DNA of 37,776 nt. It comes from Mycoplasmatota bacterium (GTDB lineage Bacteria; Bacillota_I; Bacilli_A; RF39; UBA660). Shown here in pieces: positions 19,501 through 29,000 of the stretch. The translations under genes were made by a program, and so were the position numbers. The stretch is from contig JAAYGD010000008.1 in assembly GCA_012727915.1 (NCBI GenBank), forward strand, positions 1-37,776, given 5' to 3'. The notes under the pieces are model-generated. The model was not told the origin of the DNA, did no database searches, and saw nothing but the letters and a program-made list of their open reading frames with translations. Numbering within the stretch: position 1 is the stretch's first letter; each line of letters starts with the position of its first letter.

Positions 19501-20041
19501 CATCTTTATAAGGATTCTCTTTATCTATCTTATCAACAAATAATATTCCATTTAAATGATCTATTTCATGTTGAAACGCAATTGATAATTCTTCTCTTCC
19601 TCTATATGATACTTTGTTTCCGTTCATATCATATCCTTCAATTGTTACTCTAGCATATCTTGGAATTATTCCTTCAATTTCTCTATTAACACTTAAACAA
19701 CCTTCACCGAATTCAGCATATATTAATTCTTCAGAATGACTAACTATTTTTGGATTTGCTATAAAATAGTTTTTAAAGGATTGCTCTTTATCTCCTTCTT
19801 TTGTTGTTTCTTCAACTATTACGAAGAATCTTTTTAAAATTCCTAATTGAACTGCTGATAAACCCATTCCAGGTCTTAAATCATATTTCAAACTAAATTC
19901 TTCTATTTGACTTAATCTTAAATGTTCCATCATATCTGTTGCTAATTTTTTATCTTCTTTAGACATTGGAAAAACAACTTCCTTACTTACTTGTCGAAGT
20001 CTGTTATCAAGTTCATCCAAAATGTCATTTGATTTAATCAT
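19478..20041 (-). CDS. def: Peptide deformylase (Gram-positive type II)
   Basis: GMGLSAVQ, EGCLS and QHEIDHLNG motifs. ATG at 20041 follows GGTGA. Confidence 0.96.
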   Translation of the reverse strand: MIKSNDILDELDNRLRQVSKEVVFPMSKEDKKLATDMMEHLRLSQIEEFSLKYDLRPGMGLSAVQLGILKRFFVIVEETTKEGDKEQSFKNYFIANPKIVSHSEELIYAEFGEGCLSVNREIEGIIPRYARVTIEGYDMNGNKVSYRGREELSIAFQHEIDHLNGILFVDKIDKENPYKDENKMRPI

Positions 20042-20129
20042 TAAAATCACCAACAAAATTATAACATAGTTTACAAAACATTACAAATTATGTTATTATA
20101 AAATACAAGTTGAAAAAATTGGAGGTATT

Positions 20130-20927
20130 ATGAAAGCAGAAGTATATAATAGATTAAAATCATTAGAATTTTTAAGGTTAATGATAAATTGTAATGGTTC
20201 AAATTATTTTGATAATGAAATAAAATTTCAAGAAGAATTATTGAATGATTTAAATAAATTAAAAAATATTGATACAAATGATGAAGAATATTTTGAGTTA
20301 TTAAAAAAATGTTATCATATAAAATTTAATGAAGAAGACTATACAGAAATTAGTAAAATGATATTAAATGCTAAAAAAATAAAAAAAGCATATGTTAAAT
20401 CATCAATAGTAGAAAAAAGTATTGGAGAAACAAAGTATTCGAGAGAACAGGTTACTTCAAGATTTGATTTTAATTATATTAATATATTTTTATCATCTAA
20501 TAGAAAATATAAACTGAATTTATCTAAGATTTATTCTTATGAAGATATTAATAAAATGCTTAGTGATAATAAAATTGTATTAATTGATTATAAATTAGAT
20601 AAATCAGTTAAAATGTCTAAGAACGATGCTAATAATTATTTTGATAAAACTGCATCTTTACCATTTTTAAGTTTTCATTATTCTCATAATATTAATGAAA
20701 AATTTCCAATAGTATCAAAAAATTTAAAACAATATATTAGAACTTCTTTAACACCAGAAGTAATAGATAAGGATATTAGTAAATTAAGAATATCAACAAG
20801 AAATACATTAAGTGAAATTTCTAAAAGTTTAAAAAATAGTGATTCAAATTCATATAAAAGGAATTTTTCAAAAGAAGAAATGTTAGAAGTATGTGATAAA
20901 CACCTATTAATATTAAGTAACAATTAA
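20130..20927 (+). CDS. Hypothetical protein
   Basis: 265-aa ORF with a GGAGG RBS; no recognised motif. Confidence 0.75.
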   Translation: MKAEVYNRLKSLEFLRLMINCNGSNYFDNEIKFQEELLNDLNKLKNIDTNDEEYFELLKKCYHIKFNEEDYTEISKMILNAKKIKKAYVKSSIVEKSIGETKYSREQVTSRFDFNYINIFLSSNRKYKLNLSKIYSYEDINKMLSDNKIVLIDYKLDKSVKMSKNDANNYFDKTASLPFLSFHYSHNINEKFPIVSKNLKQYIRTSLTPEVIDKDISKLRISTRNTLSEISKSLKNSDSNSYKRNFSKEEMLEVCDKHLLILSNN

Positions 20928-20968
20928 TAGTATTGTTTTTATTATGATATAATTATTATGGAGGTAAT

Positions 20969-21868
20969 ATGAATTTAATAATAGGATCTCATGTGTCCTT
21001 TGTAAAAGATAAACAATTACTGGGAAGCGTAGAAGAAGCTTTAAATTATGGTTCTAATGCATTTATGATATATACTGGAGCTCCTCAAAATACTAATAGA
21101 ATTTCTTTAAATAATGATTTAAACACAAAGGGAAAAGAATTAATTATAAAAAATAATATAGATTTTAATAATATTATAGTTCATGCTCCATATATTATTA
21201 ATCTTGCTAATAAAAAGGATGAAGAATTTAGAAATTTTACTTTAAATTTTTTAAAGCAAGAAATAAAAAGATGTGAAGAATTAGGAATATATAAGTTAGT
21301 ACTACATCCTGGATCACATGTTGGATTAGGAGAAGAAGTTGGCTTAAATAACATAGTTGATGGATTAAATATAGTGCTTGAAGATAATAGTCCAGTTAAG
21401 ATATTAATCGAAACAATGTCTGGAAAAGGTACTGAATGTTGTTATAAGTTTGAACACATAAAATATATAATAGATAATGTAAAAAATAATGATAGATTAG
21501 AAGTATGTATGGACAGTTGCCACATGAGTGATGCGGGATATGATATTACTAAATTTGATATATTGTTAGATGAATTTGATAAAATTGTGGGTTTAAATAA
21601 AGTAAGCGCAATACATATTAATGATTCTAAAAATAATATTGGTGATAAAAAAGATAGACACGCTAATATTGGATATGGAAACTTAGGTTTTGATAATATA
21701 ATAAATATAATTTATAACAAAAGATTAGAAAATATACCTAAAATATTGGAAACACCTTATATTGAAAATACATATCCACCATATAAATTTGAAATAGAAA
21801 TGATAAAAAATAAGATATTTAACCCTAATTTGATTGAAACAATAACAAAATATTATAAAAACCTTTGA
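20969..21868 (+). CDS. nfo: Endonuclease IV
   Basis: GSHVS, YTGAPQNT, HAPYIIN, HPGSH, ETMSGKG, DSCH, HINDSK, DRHANIG and LETP. Confidence 0.97.
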   Translation: MNLIIGSHVSFVKDKQLLGSVEEALNYGSNAFMIYTGAPQNTNRISLNNDLNTKGKELIIKNNIDFNNIIVHAPYIINLANKKDEEFRNFTLNFLKQEIKRCEELGIYKLVLHPGSHVGLGEEVGLNNIVDGLNIVLEDNSPVKILIETMSGKGTECCYKFEHIKYIIDNVKNNDRLEVCMDSCHMSDAGYDITKFDILLDEFDKIVGLNKVSAIHINDSKNNIGDKKDRHANIGYGNLGFDNIINIIYNKRLENIPKILETPYIENTYPPYKFEIEMIKNKIFNPNLIETITKYYKNL

Positions 21869-21921
21869 TATTTCTTAATATTTTGATATAATCATATTGG
21901 TAAAAAAAGGAGTGATTAATT

Positions 21922-22086
21922 ATGGCAAAAGCACAAAATAGGGAAAGAATTACTTTACTGTGTTCTGAGTGTAAAGAAGAGAATTATAGAACAGTAAAAA
22001 ATAAAAAAAATACTGTTGAAAAATTAGAACTTAATAAATTTTGTCCAAGATGTAATAAAACTACATTACATAAAGAAAAGAAATAA
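21922..22086 (+). CDS. rpmG: 50S ribosomal protein L33 (Zn-ribbon C+ form, 54 aa)
   Basis: [62 protein letters not shown] and TGATATAAT at 21884-21892. Below the ORF-track size cutoff. Confidence 0.96.
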   Translation: MAKAQNRERITLLCSECKEENYRTVKNKKNTVEKLELNKFCPRCNKTTLHKEKK

Positions 22087-22115
22087 ACTAAGGTTTATTT
22101 TTTATTGGAGGCATT

Positions 22116-22673
22116 ATGATAAATGTTAATGATTTTAAAACTGGGATGACAATAGAATTAGATGGAGAAATATTTGAAGTTTTAGAGTTTTCTCATGTTA
22201 AACCAGGTAAAGGAGCAGCCTTTGTTAAAGCAAAATTATATAATTTAAGAACAGGATCTAATACAGAAAATTCATTTAATTCTAGTACAAAAGTTCCAAA
22301 AGCTTTAATTGAAAAAAAGCCTATGCAATTTCTATATATGAATGGTAATAATTATGTATTTATGAATATGGATAATTATGAACAAATTGAAATAAATGAA
22401 ACTCAAATAAATAAAGAAAAAAATTATTTAAAAGAAAATCAAGATGTATTTGTAATTTTTTATGGAGATGAATTATTAGGTATTAATTTGCCTGAAAAAG
22501 TTGAATTGCTAATTACTAAATCAGAGCCAGGTGTAAAAGGTAATACATCATCAACTGCAATGAAAGACGCTATAACTGAAACTGGTCTTTTAGTAAAAGT
22601 ACCATTATTTGTTAATGAAGGTGAAGAAATTATAGTATCTACCAAAGATGGTAAATATGTATCAAGAAAATAA
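22116..22673 (+). CDS. efp: Elongation factor P
   Basis: HVKPGKGAAFV, PGVKGNT, ETG and VPLFV motifs. Confidence 0.97.
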   Translation: MINVNDFKTGMTIELDGEIFEVLEFSHVKPGKGAAFVKAKLYNLRTGSNTENSFNSSTKVPKALIEKKPMQFLYMNGNNYVFMNMDNYEQIEINETQINKEKNYLKENQDVFVIFYGDELLGINLPEKVELLITKSEPGVKGNTSSTAMKDAITETGLLVKVPLFVNEGEEIIVSTKDGKYVSRK

Positions 22674-22700
22674 AAAAAACGAATTAAAATCGTTTTTTTT
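22672..22700. terminator. Bidirectional terminator
   Basis: AAAAAAAACGA-attaaaa-TCGTTTTTTTT. Confidence 0.7.
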
Positions 22701-22701
22701 A

Positions 22702-22812
22702 TTATAGATTTAATAATGGGTATATTATAGTTGCTATCATTGCACCAACTACAACTATAAGCATAGTCCATATTCCTATTTTTTTAAGTAATTCTTTTTT
22801 CTTTTTATTCAT
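22702..22812 (-). CDS. 36-aa single-pass membrane miniprotein (DUF4044/Prli42-like layout)
   Basis: MNKKKKELLKKIGIWTMLIVVVGAMIATIIYPLLNL*. GAGGTG RBS, TGATATAAT on the - strand at 22829-22837, and a shared terminator. Confidence 0.8.
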   Translation of the reverse strand: MNKKKKELLKKIGIWTMLIVVVGAMIATIIYPLLNL

Positions 22813-22876
22813 TATTCACCTCGATATAATTATATCATATATGTAATTTTGTGTTATACTAAATTTGGTGATTTCA

Positions 22877-23980
22877 ATGAAAAAAATTGTTGTAGGAATG
22901 AGTGGAGGAGTTGATTCTTCAGTTGCGGCATATTTATTAAAAGAACAAGGATATGAAGTAATTGGTTTATTTATGAGAAATTGGGATTCATTAATAAATA
23001 ATGATATTATGGGTAATCCCACAATTGAGAATGATATATGCACTCAAGAAGAAGATTATAATGATGCATTATATGTATGTAACCAATTAGATATACCTCT
23101 TCATAGGGTTGATTTTGTAAAGGAATACTGGGATTATGTATTTACTTATTTTTTAGATGAATTAAAGAAGGGAAGAACTCCAAATCCTGATGTAATGTGT
23201 AATAAGTATATTAAGTTTGATTATTTTATAAAAGAAGCAAAAAGATTAGGAGCTGATTATGTTGCAACTGGACATTATGCTAGAATCATTGATGGTACTT
23301 TATATAAAGGAATAGACACTAACAAAGATCAAAGTTATTTTCTTTGTGAATTAACTAAAAAACAACTTGAAAATGTATTATTTCCAGTAGGGGAGTTAAA
23401 TAAAGATGAAGTTAGAGATATTGCAATAAAATTAAATTTGAAGACAGCAAAGAAAAAAGATTCAACCGGAATTTGTTTTATTGGTGAAAGAAATTTTAAA
23501 AACTTTTTAAAAAACTATTTACCAACAAAAGAGGGAGATATAGTCAATATTGAAAACAAAAAAGTATTGGGTAAACATATAGGATTAATGTATTATACAA
23601 TTGGTCAAAGAAGAGGTTTAAATATTGGTGGATATAAAGAAAGATTATATGTTGTAGGAAAAGATTTAAATAAAAATATACTATATGTTTGTTATGGTGA
23701 TGATAATGAATACTTATATAGTGATGAAGCCTTAATTGAAGACTTTAATTTAATGAGTGATAAAAAAGTAGATAAATGTAATGCTAAATTTAGATATAGA
23801 CAAAAAGATAATGAGGTATATATAGAATATTTGAAAGATAAAGAAATAATTGTTAAATATAATAATATTAAGGCTGTTACACCAGGTCAAATATGCGTAT
23901 TATATGATGGGGATGAATGTATTGGTGGTGGAATTATTAAGGAAGTTAGAAAAAATGGTAATAAATTATGGTATCTATAA
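22877..23980 (+). CDS. mnmA: tRNA U34 2-thiouridylase MnmA
   Basis: GMSGGVDS, TPNPDVMCN, ATGHY, KDQSYFL, DSTGICFIG and PGQ. Confidence 0.97.
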   Translation: MKKIVVGMSGGVDSSVAAYLLKEQGYEVIGLFMRNWDSLINNDIMGNPTIENDICTQEEDYNDALYVCNQLDIPLHRVDFVKEYWDYVFTYFLDELKKGRTPNPDVMCNKYIKFDYFIKEAKRLGADYVATGHYARIIDGTLYKGIDTNKDQSYFLCELTKKQLENVLFPVGELNKDEVRDIAIKLNLKTAKKKDSTGICFIGERNFKNFLKNYLPTKEGDIVNIENKKVLGKHIGLMYYTIGQRRGLNIGGYKERLYVVGKDLNKNILYVCYGDDNEYLYSDEALIEDFNLMSDKKVDKCNAKFRYRQKDNEVYIEYLKDKEIIVKYNNIKAVTPGQICVLYDGDECIGGGIIKEVRKNGNKLWYL

Positions 23981-23990
23981 TTTACAATCC

Positions 23991-24018
23991 TTGACATTTT
24001 ATATATTTATGATAAAAT
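23991..24018 (+). promoter_or_regulatory. Near-consensus SigA promoter of the HTH gene
   Basis: TTGACA (23991-23996), 16-nt spacer containing TG, then TAAAAT (24013-24018). Confidence 0.65.
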
Positions 24019-24039
24019 AAATATGTATTGGAGGTAACT

Positions 24040-24810
24040 ATGAATTTATTAGAAGATTTCCTTAGAGAATTAGGAATATCAAAAGTTAAGTTAGCTAAAT
24101 ATTTAAATGTGTCAAGACAAATGGTATACAATTATTTAGAAATGAAGAGCATCGATGAATGGCCAAAGGATAAAAAACTTAAATTATTTTTGTTATTAGA
24201 TATACAAGAATATGATGATATTAAGAATATTAAACCCAATAATGAATACATTTCAAGATTAGAAAAACTAATTAATGAAACTGATGAAGATTATAATTTT
24301 TCTGGAAGTAATAAATATGATTTAAAAGAATTAAGTAAAAAACAACAAAAAATATTATTAGAAATTGTTGATTTAATAAAGGAATTATTAAGCGAAGATG
24401 AAAATGGATCATCATATTCTACATGCAAATATTTATATAACTTTTTACAAGTTGTAGATGATGTTGAAGAATTAAAATATATATTAGCGTACTTCTCAAA
24501 AGCAAATGGATTTATTCCTGTTAATGAGTTCGTTTATAATGAAGAAAATCAAATTAATTTTGAAAGTATAATGTTTCAAGCTATATCGTTATTCAATAAT
24601 GGTGGAGCATCTAAATCCAAATTGTTAGAAGCTCATAAAAAGTTTGAAGCTGAAATAGAGCAAAGACAAGAAGAGAAGTTATCTAGAACTCAAGAATTAA
24701 ACACAGTTAAAATACAAGCATTAAGAGAACTTGGTTATACTGAATTAAACGAAAAGAACTCTACAGAAGTTTTTGAAAAGATTGCGGAAATTCAATCAAG
24801 AAAAATATAA
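24040..24810 (+). CDS. XRE/Cro-type HTH protein with helical middle and C-terminal coiled coil
   Basis: LRELGISKVKLAKYLNVSRQMVYNY is a typical XRE HTH. HKKFEAEIEQRQEEKLSRTQEL is coiled-coil-like. GGAGG RBS before the ATG at 24040. Confidence 0.8.
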   Translation: MNLLEDFLRELGISKVKLAKYLNVSRQMVYNYLEMKSIDEWPKDKKLKLFLLLDIQEYDDIKNIKPNNEYISRLEKLINETDEDYNFSGSNKYDLKELSKKQQKILLEIVDLIKELLSEDENGSSYSTCKYLYNFLQVVDDVEELKYILAYFSKANGFIPVNEFVYNEENQINFESIMFQAISLFNNGGASKSKLLEAHKKFEAEIEQRQEEKLSRTQELNTVKIQALRELGYTELNEKNSTEVFEKIAEIQSRKI

Positions 24811-24823
24811 TAATATGTAAAGT

Positions 24824-24850
24824 AAAAGTAGGGGGATCCCCCTACTTTTT
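24824..24850. terminator. Strong (bidirectional) terminator / perfect 26-bp palindrome
   Basis: AAAAGTAGGGGGATCCCCCTACTTTT, 13 nt after the HTH gene stop. Confidence 0.8.
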
Positions 24851-24982
24851 ATATTGTTTTTTATATATAAATTATAAGCGTTTAATATTTATATAATTAT
24901 TTAATATATTTAGTACAAATAATATAATTTATATCATAATTGAAATATATATAAATTACATATCTTATATTACATTTTAAAA

Positions 24983-25090
24983 TCTTAATCGAGATTAAGT
25001 AATGTGCATAAATACCTATCTTAATTAATGATATTTTCTTAATCATGTTTGTTTAGGATAGATAAATAATCATCTTAATTAATAATATAT
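24983..25090. repeat. Degenerate tandem repeat, 2 x 54 bp
   Basis: 24983-25036 versus 25037-25090 match at 38/54 positions without gaps (hand count). TCTTAAT occurs at 24983, 25019, 25037 and 25073. Confidence 0.55.
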
Positions 25091-25210
25091 AGATTATTTA
25101 TATATTGTTATGATTAATATCATATATAATGAAAGTATTTATTATATTATAAATAAGAGTGTATTCCCTTATATTTAAAGGATTCTAAGAATATTCGTAC
25201 ACAAATAATA

Positions 25211-25238
25211 TATCATTATAATGTACATTATGTTAACT
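25211..25238 (+). other. Chromosome dimer resolution site dif (XerC/XerD type)
   Basis: TATCATTATAA-TGTACA-TTATGTTAACT has the 11-6-11 layout; compare E. coli GGTGCGCATAA-TGTATA-TTATGTTAAAT. Intergenic, at the gene-orientation switch. Confidence 0.85.
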
Positions 25239-25253
25239 TCTATTATATTGATA

Positions 25254-25280
25254 AAAAAAGATACTAAATATAGTACCTCT
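25254..25280 (-). terminator. Intrinsic terminator of the 25312-25644 gene
   Basis: Minus strand GAGGTACTA-tatt-TAGTATCTT (two G-U pairs) followed by a T run. Confidence 0.55.
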
Positions 25281-25311
25281 TCTCTATTGTTATAATCCTT
25301 AATAATAATTA

Positions 25312-25644
25312 TTAAATACCTTTTTGATTAGTTGGAACACTTATTAAAGTATACTCATTATAATGATATAATGTTTTATCTTTAGGATTTTCTGGTACTG
25401 TTTTTCCTGCATAAACTCTTTTAAAATTATCCCAATCAAGTTTCCTTGCTTCATAATCATAAGTTACATATTCAGAAAACCATTCTTTAGTAAAGTAATC
25501 TTCACTATTTTTTTCTACAATTACCTCTTTAATAACTACATCTTTGTTATATGTCTTACTATCATTATATAATGATAATGTACCTCCTAGTATCAGCGTA
25601 CCAGCTATTGCAAGCGTTAAATAATTTTTCTTTTTTTCAGTCAC
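25312..25644 (-). CDS. Hypothetical membrane-anchored/secreted protein (110 aa)
   Basis: GTG start with an AAGGGGGAG RBS; basic N-terminus plus a hydrophobic helix. Confidence 0.7.
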   Translation of the reverse strand: MTEKKKNYLTLAIAGTLILGGTLSLYNDSKTYNKDVVIKEVIVEKNSEDYFTKEWFSEYVTYDYEARKLDWDNFKRVYAGKTVPENPKDKTLYHYNEYTLISVPTNQKGI

Positions 25645-25764
25645 AATTAATCTCCCCCTTTTTAATTGAATGACTTATATTATACACGGAAATATATTTT
25701 TGTCAAGTTATGTACAAAGCGTGTGATTTAGAGACACTTTTATATATGTATATATTTTAAAAAA

Positions 25765-26037
25765 TTATAGTGTTTCATCCTTATTAATATTAGGTTCAGC
25801 ATTATCAATAGATTCTATAACTGTAGTATCTTTACTGTCAATTGGTTCTATTATTTGTCCTTTATTATAAAATTCATTTAAAGCTTGTAATGTACCTTTT
25901 TTTACTATTTTTATTTCCATTTTATATTTTAAATATAAAAGTAAGGGAACAAAAAGTATTGTTAAAATAACTATAGTTGTTACTACTCCGGAAATTGAAT
26001 CTCCTATAAGACTATTTATTTGATCTATATCATACAT
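25765..26037 (-). CDS. Hypothetical single-pass membrane protein (90 aa)
   Basis: One TM helix, an AGGTGA RBS, and TGATATAAT on the - strand at 26054-26062. Confidence 0.72.
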   Translation of the reverse strand: MYDIDQINSLIGDSISGVVTTIVILTILFVPLLLYLKYKMEIKIVKKGTLQALNEFYNKGQIIEPIDSKDTTVIESIDNAEPNINKDETL

Positions 26038-26063
26038 ATTATCACCTATTTTTATTATATCAC

Positions 26064-26090
26064 AAAAAAAGAACTATTATTTATAGTTCT
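26064..26090 (-). terminator. ileS terminator
   Basis: Minus strand AGAACTAT-aaata-ATAGTTCT followed by a T run, overlapping the ileS stop. Confidence 0.6.
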
Positions 26091-29000
26091 CTACTCTTTC
26101 AATTTCTAATCCTACTTCTAAACCATTTAAATCCAATTTATTATTAATATTTCTTTTGGTTATATTAATTGCTAGAGTATCCTTAGAAATATATTCTTTA
26201 AACTCATTTAATACTATCTCAAAATCCTCTTTACTATCATAATAAATATTAATTCTATCTATTACATTATAATTATTAGTTTTTCTTAGTTGTTGAATTT
26301 TTGAAACTAATTCTCTTGCTACTCCTTCATTTATTAAGTTTTGAGTAAGGTTAGTATCTAATATAATAAACTTATTATTTTGCATTTGAGCATTATATCC
26401 TTCTTTTGATGAAATTCTAATATCTATCATGTTTTTGTTAATAATATAATTTTTATTATCAATGTTGATTTGAATATCCCCTACTTCTAGTTTATTTAAA
26501 TCATCTTCAGATATTTTTGATAAATATTCTTGAAACAATTTAATATTTGATCCAAATATAGGACCAGCTTCTTTAAAATTAGGTTTTACTTCAAAATTCA
26601 TATATTTATTTAGATTGTTTTCAAATATAACTTCTTTAACATTTAATTCTTCTTTTATTAAGTCAACTAAATCTCCAATTAATGATTTATATTTTCCGTT
26701 TATTATTACATTTGATATAGGTTGTCTAACCTTGATTTTAGCTTCTTCACGAGCAAATCTACCTAAGGTTATTAAATCCCTTACTAAATCCATCTTTTCT
26801 TCTAAATGGTCATTAAAATGCTTCTTATTATATATTGGATAGTCTTCTAAGTGTACTGAATCATTATTAGTAAGTTTTTTATATAAGTCTTCAGTTATAA
26901 AAGGAATTATGGGTGCCATTAATTTAGTAAGTCCTAATAATACTTCATAAGTGGTTTTATAAACTGCTTTTTTACTATTATTTAGTTCTGAATCCCAGAA
27001 TCTTCTTCTATTTCTTCTTATATACCAATTAGATAAATCATCATTTAAAAATAGTTGAATATGTTTTACTGCTCTATTTAAATCATATTCTTTTAATGCA
27101 ATATCAGTATTCATTACTAATCTATTATATTTAGATAATAACCATTTATCTATTTCTTCTCTATCTTCATAATCTATTTCATAAGTTCTTGGATCTATTC
27201 TATCTGTATTTGCATATAATTGAAAAAATGTATAAGTATTTTTTAATGTATTAAACATTTTAGATTGAACTTCTTTTAATCCTTCGATATCAAATTTTGT
27301 TGGTAACCATGTAGGTGATACATATAATAAATACCATCTTAATACATCTGCTCCATATTCATCAAACATCTTAAATGGATCTACTGCATTTCCTTTACTT
27401 TTACTCATTTTTTGTCCATTTTTATCTAACAATAAATCATTTACTAATACATTTTTATATGGAGAAACTCCTTTAACAAATGTAGAGATTGCTATTAATG
27501 AATAGAACCATCCTCTTGTTTGGTCTATTCCTTCACATATAAAGTCTGCTGGAAATTGTGATTCAAACAATTCTTTGTTTTCAAATGGATAATGATATTG
27601 AGAAAAAGGCATAGATCCAGAATCAAACCAACAATCTATTACTTCTTTTACTCTAGTCATAGTTTTATTACATTTAGGACATTTAATATGAATTTCATCT
27701 ACAAATGGTCTATGTAAATCTATAGTATTATCAATTTTTTCTATTGATTTATTAATTAATTCTTCAATAGATGCGATTGATTCTATATGACCACATTCAC
27801 ATTTCCATATATTTAATGGAGTCCCCCAATATCTAGTTCTAGATATTGCCCAATCATTTAAATTTTCTAACCAATTTCCAAATCTTTTTTCTCCAATAAA
27901 TGAAGGATGCCAATTAACTGAATTATTATTATCAATTAATTTATCTTTTAGTTTAGTCATTTCTATATACCAACTGGGTTTAGCATAATAAAGAAGCGGT
28001 GTATCGCATCTCCAACAATGTGGATAATTATGTAATACTCTTTCTTTTTTAAATAATTTATTATTTTCTTTTAGATATTTAATTATTTCAACATCAGCGT
28101 CAAATACTAATATATCTTTCCAAGGACCTTCAGTATATTTGCCATCTTCTCCAACTGGATTTAATACTGGTAGATCATATTTTCTTCCTACTTGATAATC
28201 ATCTTCACCAAAAGCAGGCGCAATATGAACTATACCTGTACCATCTTCAGTAGTAACATAATCTGCTAAAGTAACATAAAATGCTTTTTTATTTACTTTT
28301 AATTCCGGTATTAATTGTTCATATTCAATATATTCTAAATCTTTTCCATTTAATTCTTCTAATACTTCAATATCATCACCTAATACTTTATGAGTTAATG
28401 ATTTTGCTAATATAAATGTATATCCTTGTGATTTTACTTTTACATATGTTTCATTAGGATTAACTGCTAAAGCAACATTTGATAATAATGTCCATGGAGT
28501 TGTTGTCCATACTAAGAAGTATTCATCTTTATTTTTAACTTTCATAGTTGCTATTACTGTATCAGTATTGACTTCTTTATATCCTTGAGCTACTTCGTGA
28601 GATGCTAAACCAGTACCACATCTTGTACAATATGGTAATATTTTATGGCCCTCATATATTAATCCTTCTTTGAAGAATTTATTTAATATCCACCATTCTG
28701 TTTCAATATAATTATTATCAAAAGTTACATATGGGTTATCTAAATCAATAAAATATCCCATCTTTTTAGTCATTAAACTAAAAGCATCTTTATTTTTAAA
28801 GACTGATTCTTTACATTTTTCATTGAATTCTTTTATTCCAAATTCTTCAATTTCTTTTTTACTTTTTAATCCTAATTGTTTTTCTACTTCTATTTCAACA
28901 GGTAAACCATGAGTATCCCAACCAGCTTTTCTAACTACTCTTTTGCCTTTCATAGTTTGATATTTACACACAGTATCTTTTAATATTCTGGATACTACAT

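Noticed and set aside
24824..24849. Perfect GC-rich palindrome as a recombination or transposon end
   Set aside because: Position just after a stop codon with flanking A and T runs fits a terminator; there is no second copy or transposase.
24897..25046. 49-aa - strand ORF (MIKKISLIKIG...) across the 54-bp repeat
   Set aside because: No RBS, and the I/Y/N-rich composition is expected by chance in AT-rich DNA.
24850..25310. AT-rich gap as oriC
   Set aside because: No TTATCCACA DnaA boxes or dnaA/dnaN seen; genes converge rather than diverge, and a dif site is present.
25691..25718. Second dif-like half-site TTATGTACAAA suggesting an integrated element
   Set aside because: Poor XerD arm and no ATAA-ending XerC arm at 6-bp spacing.
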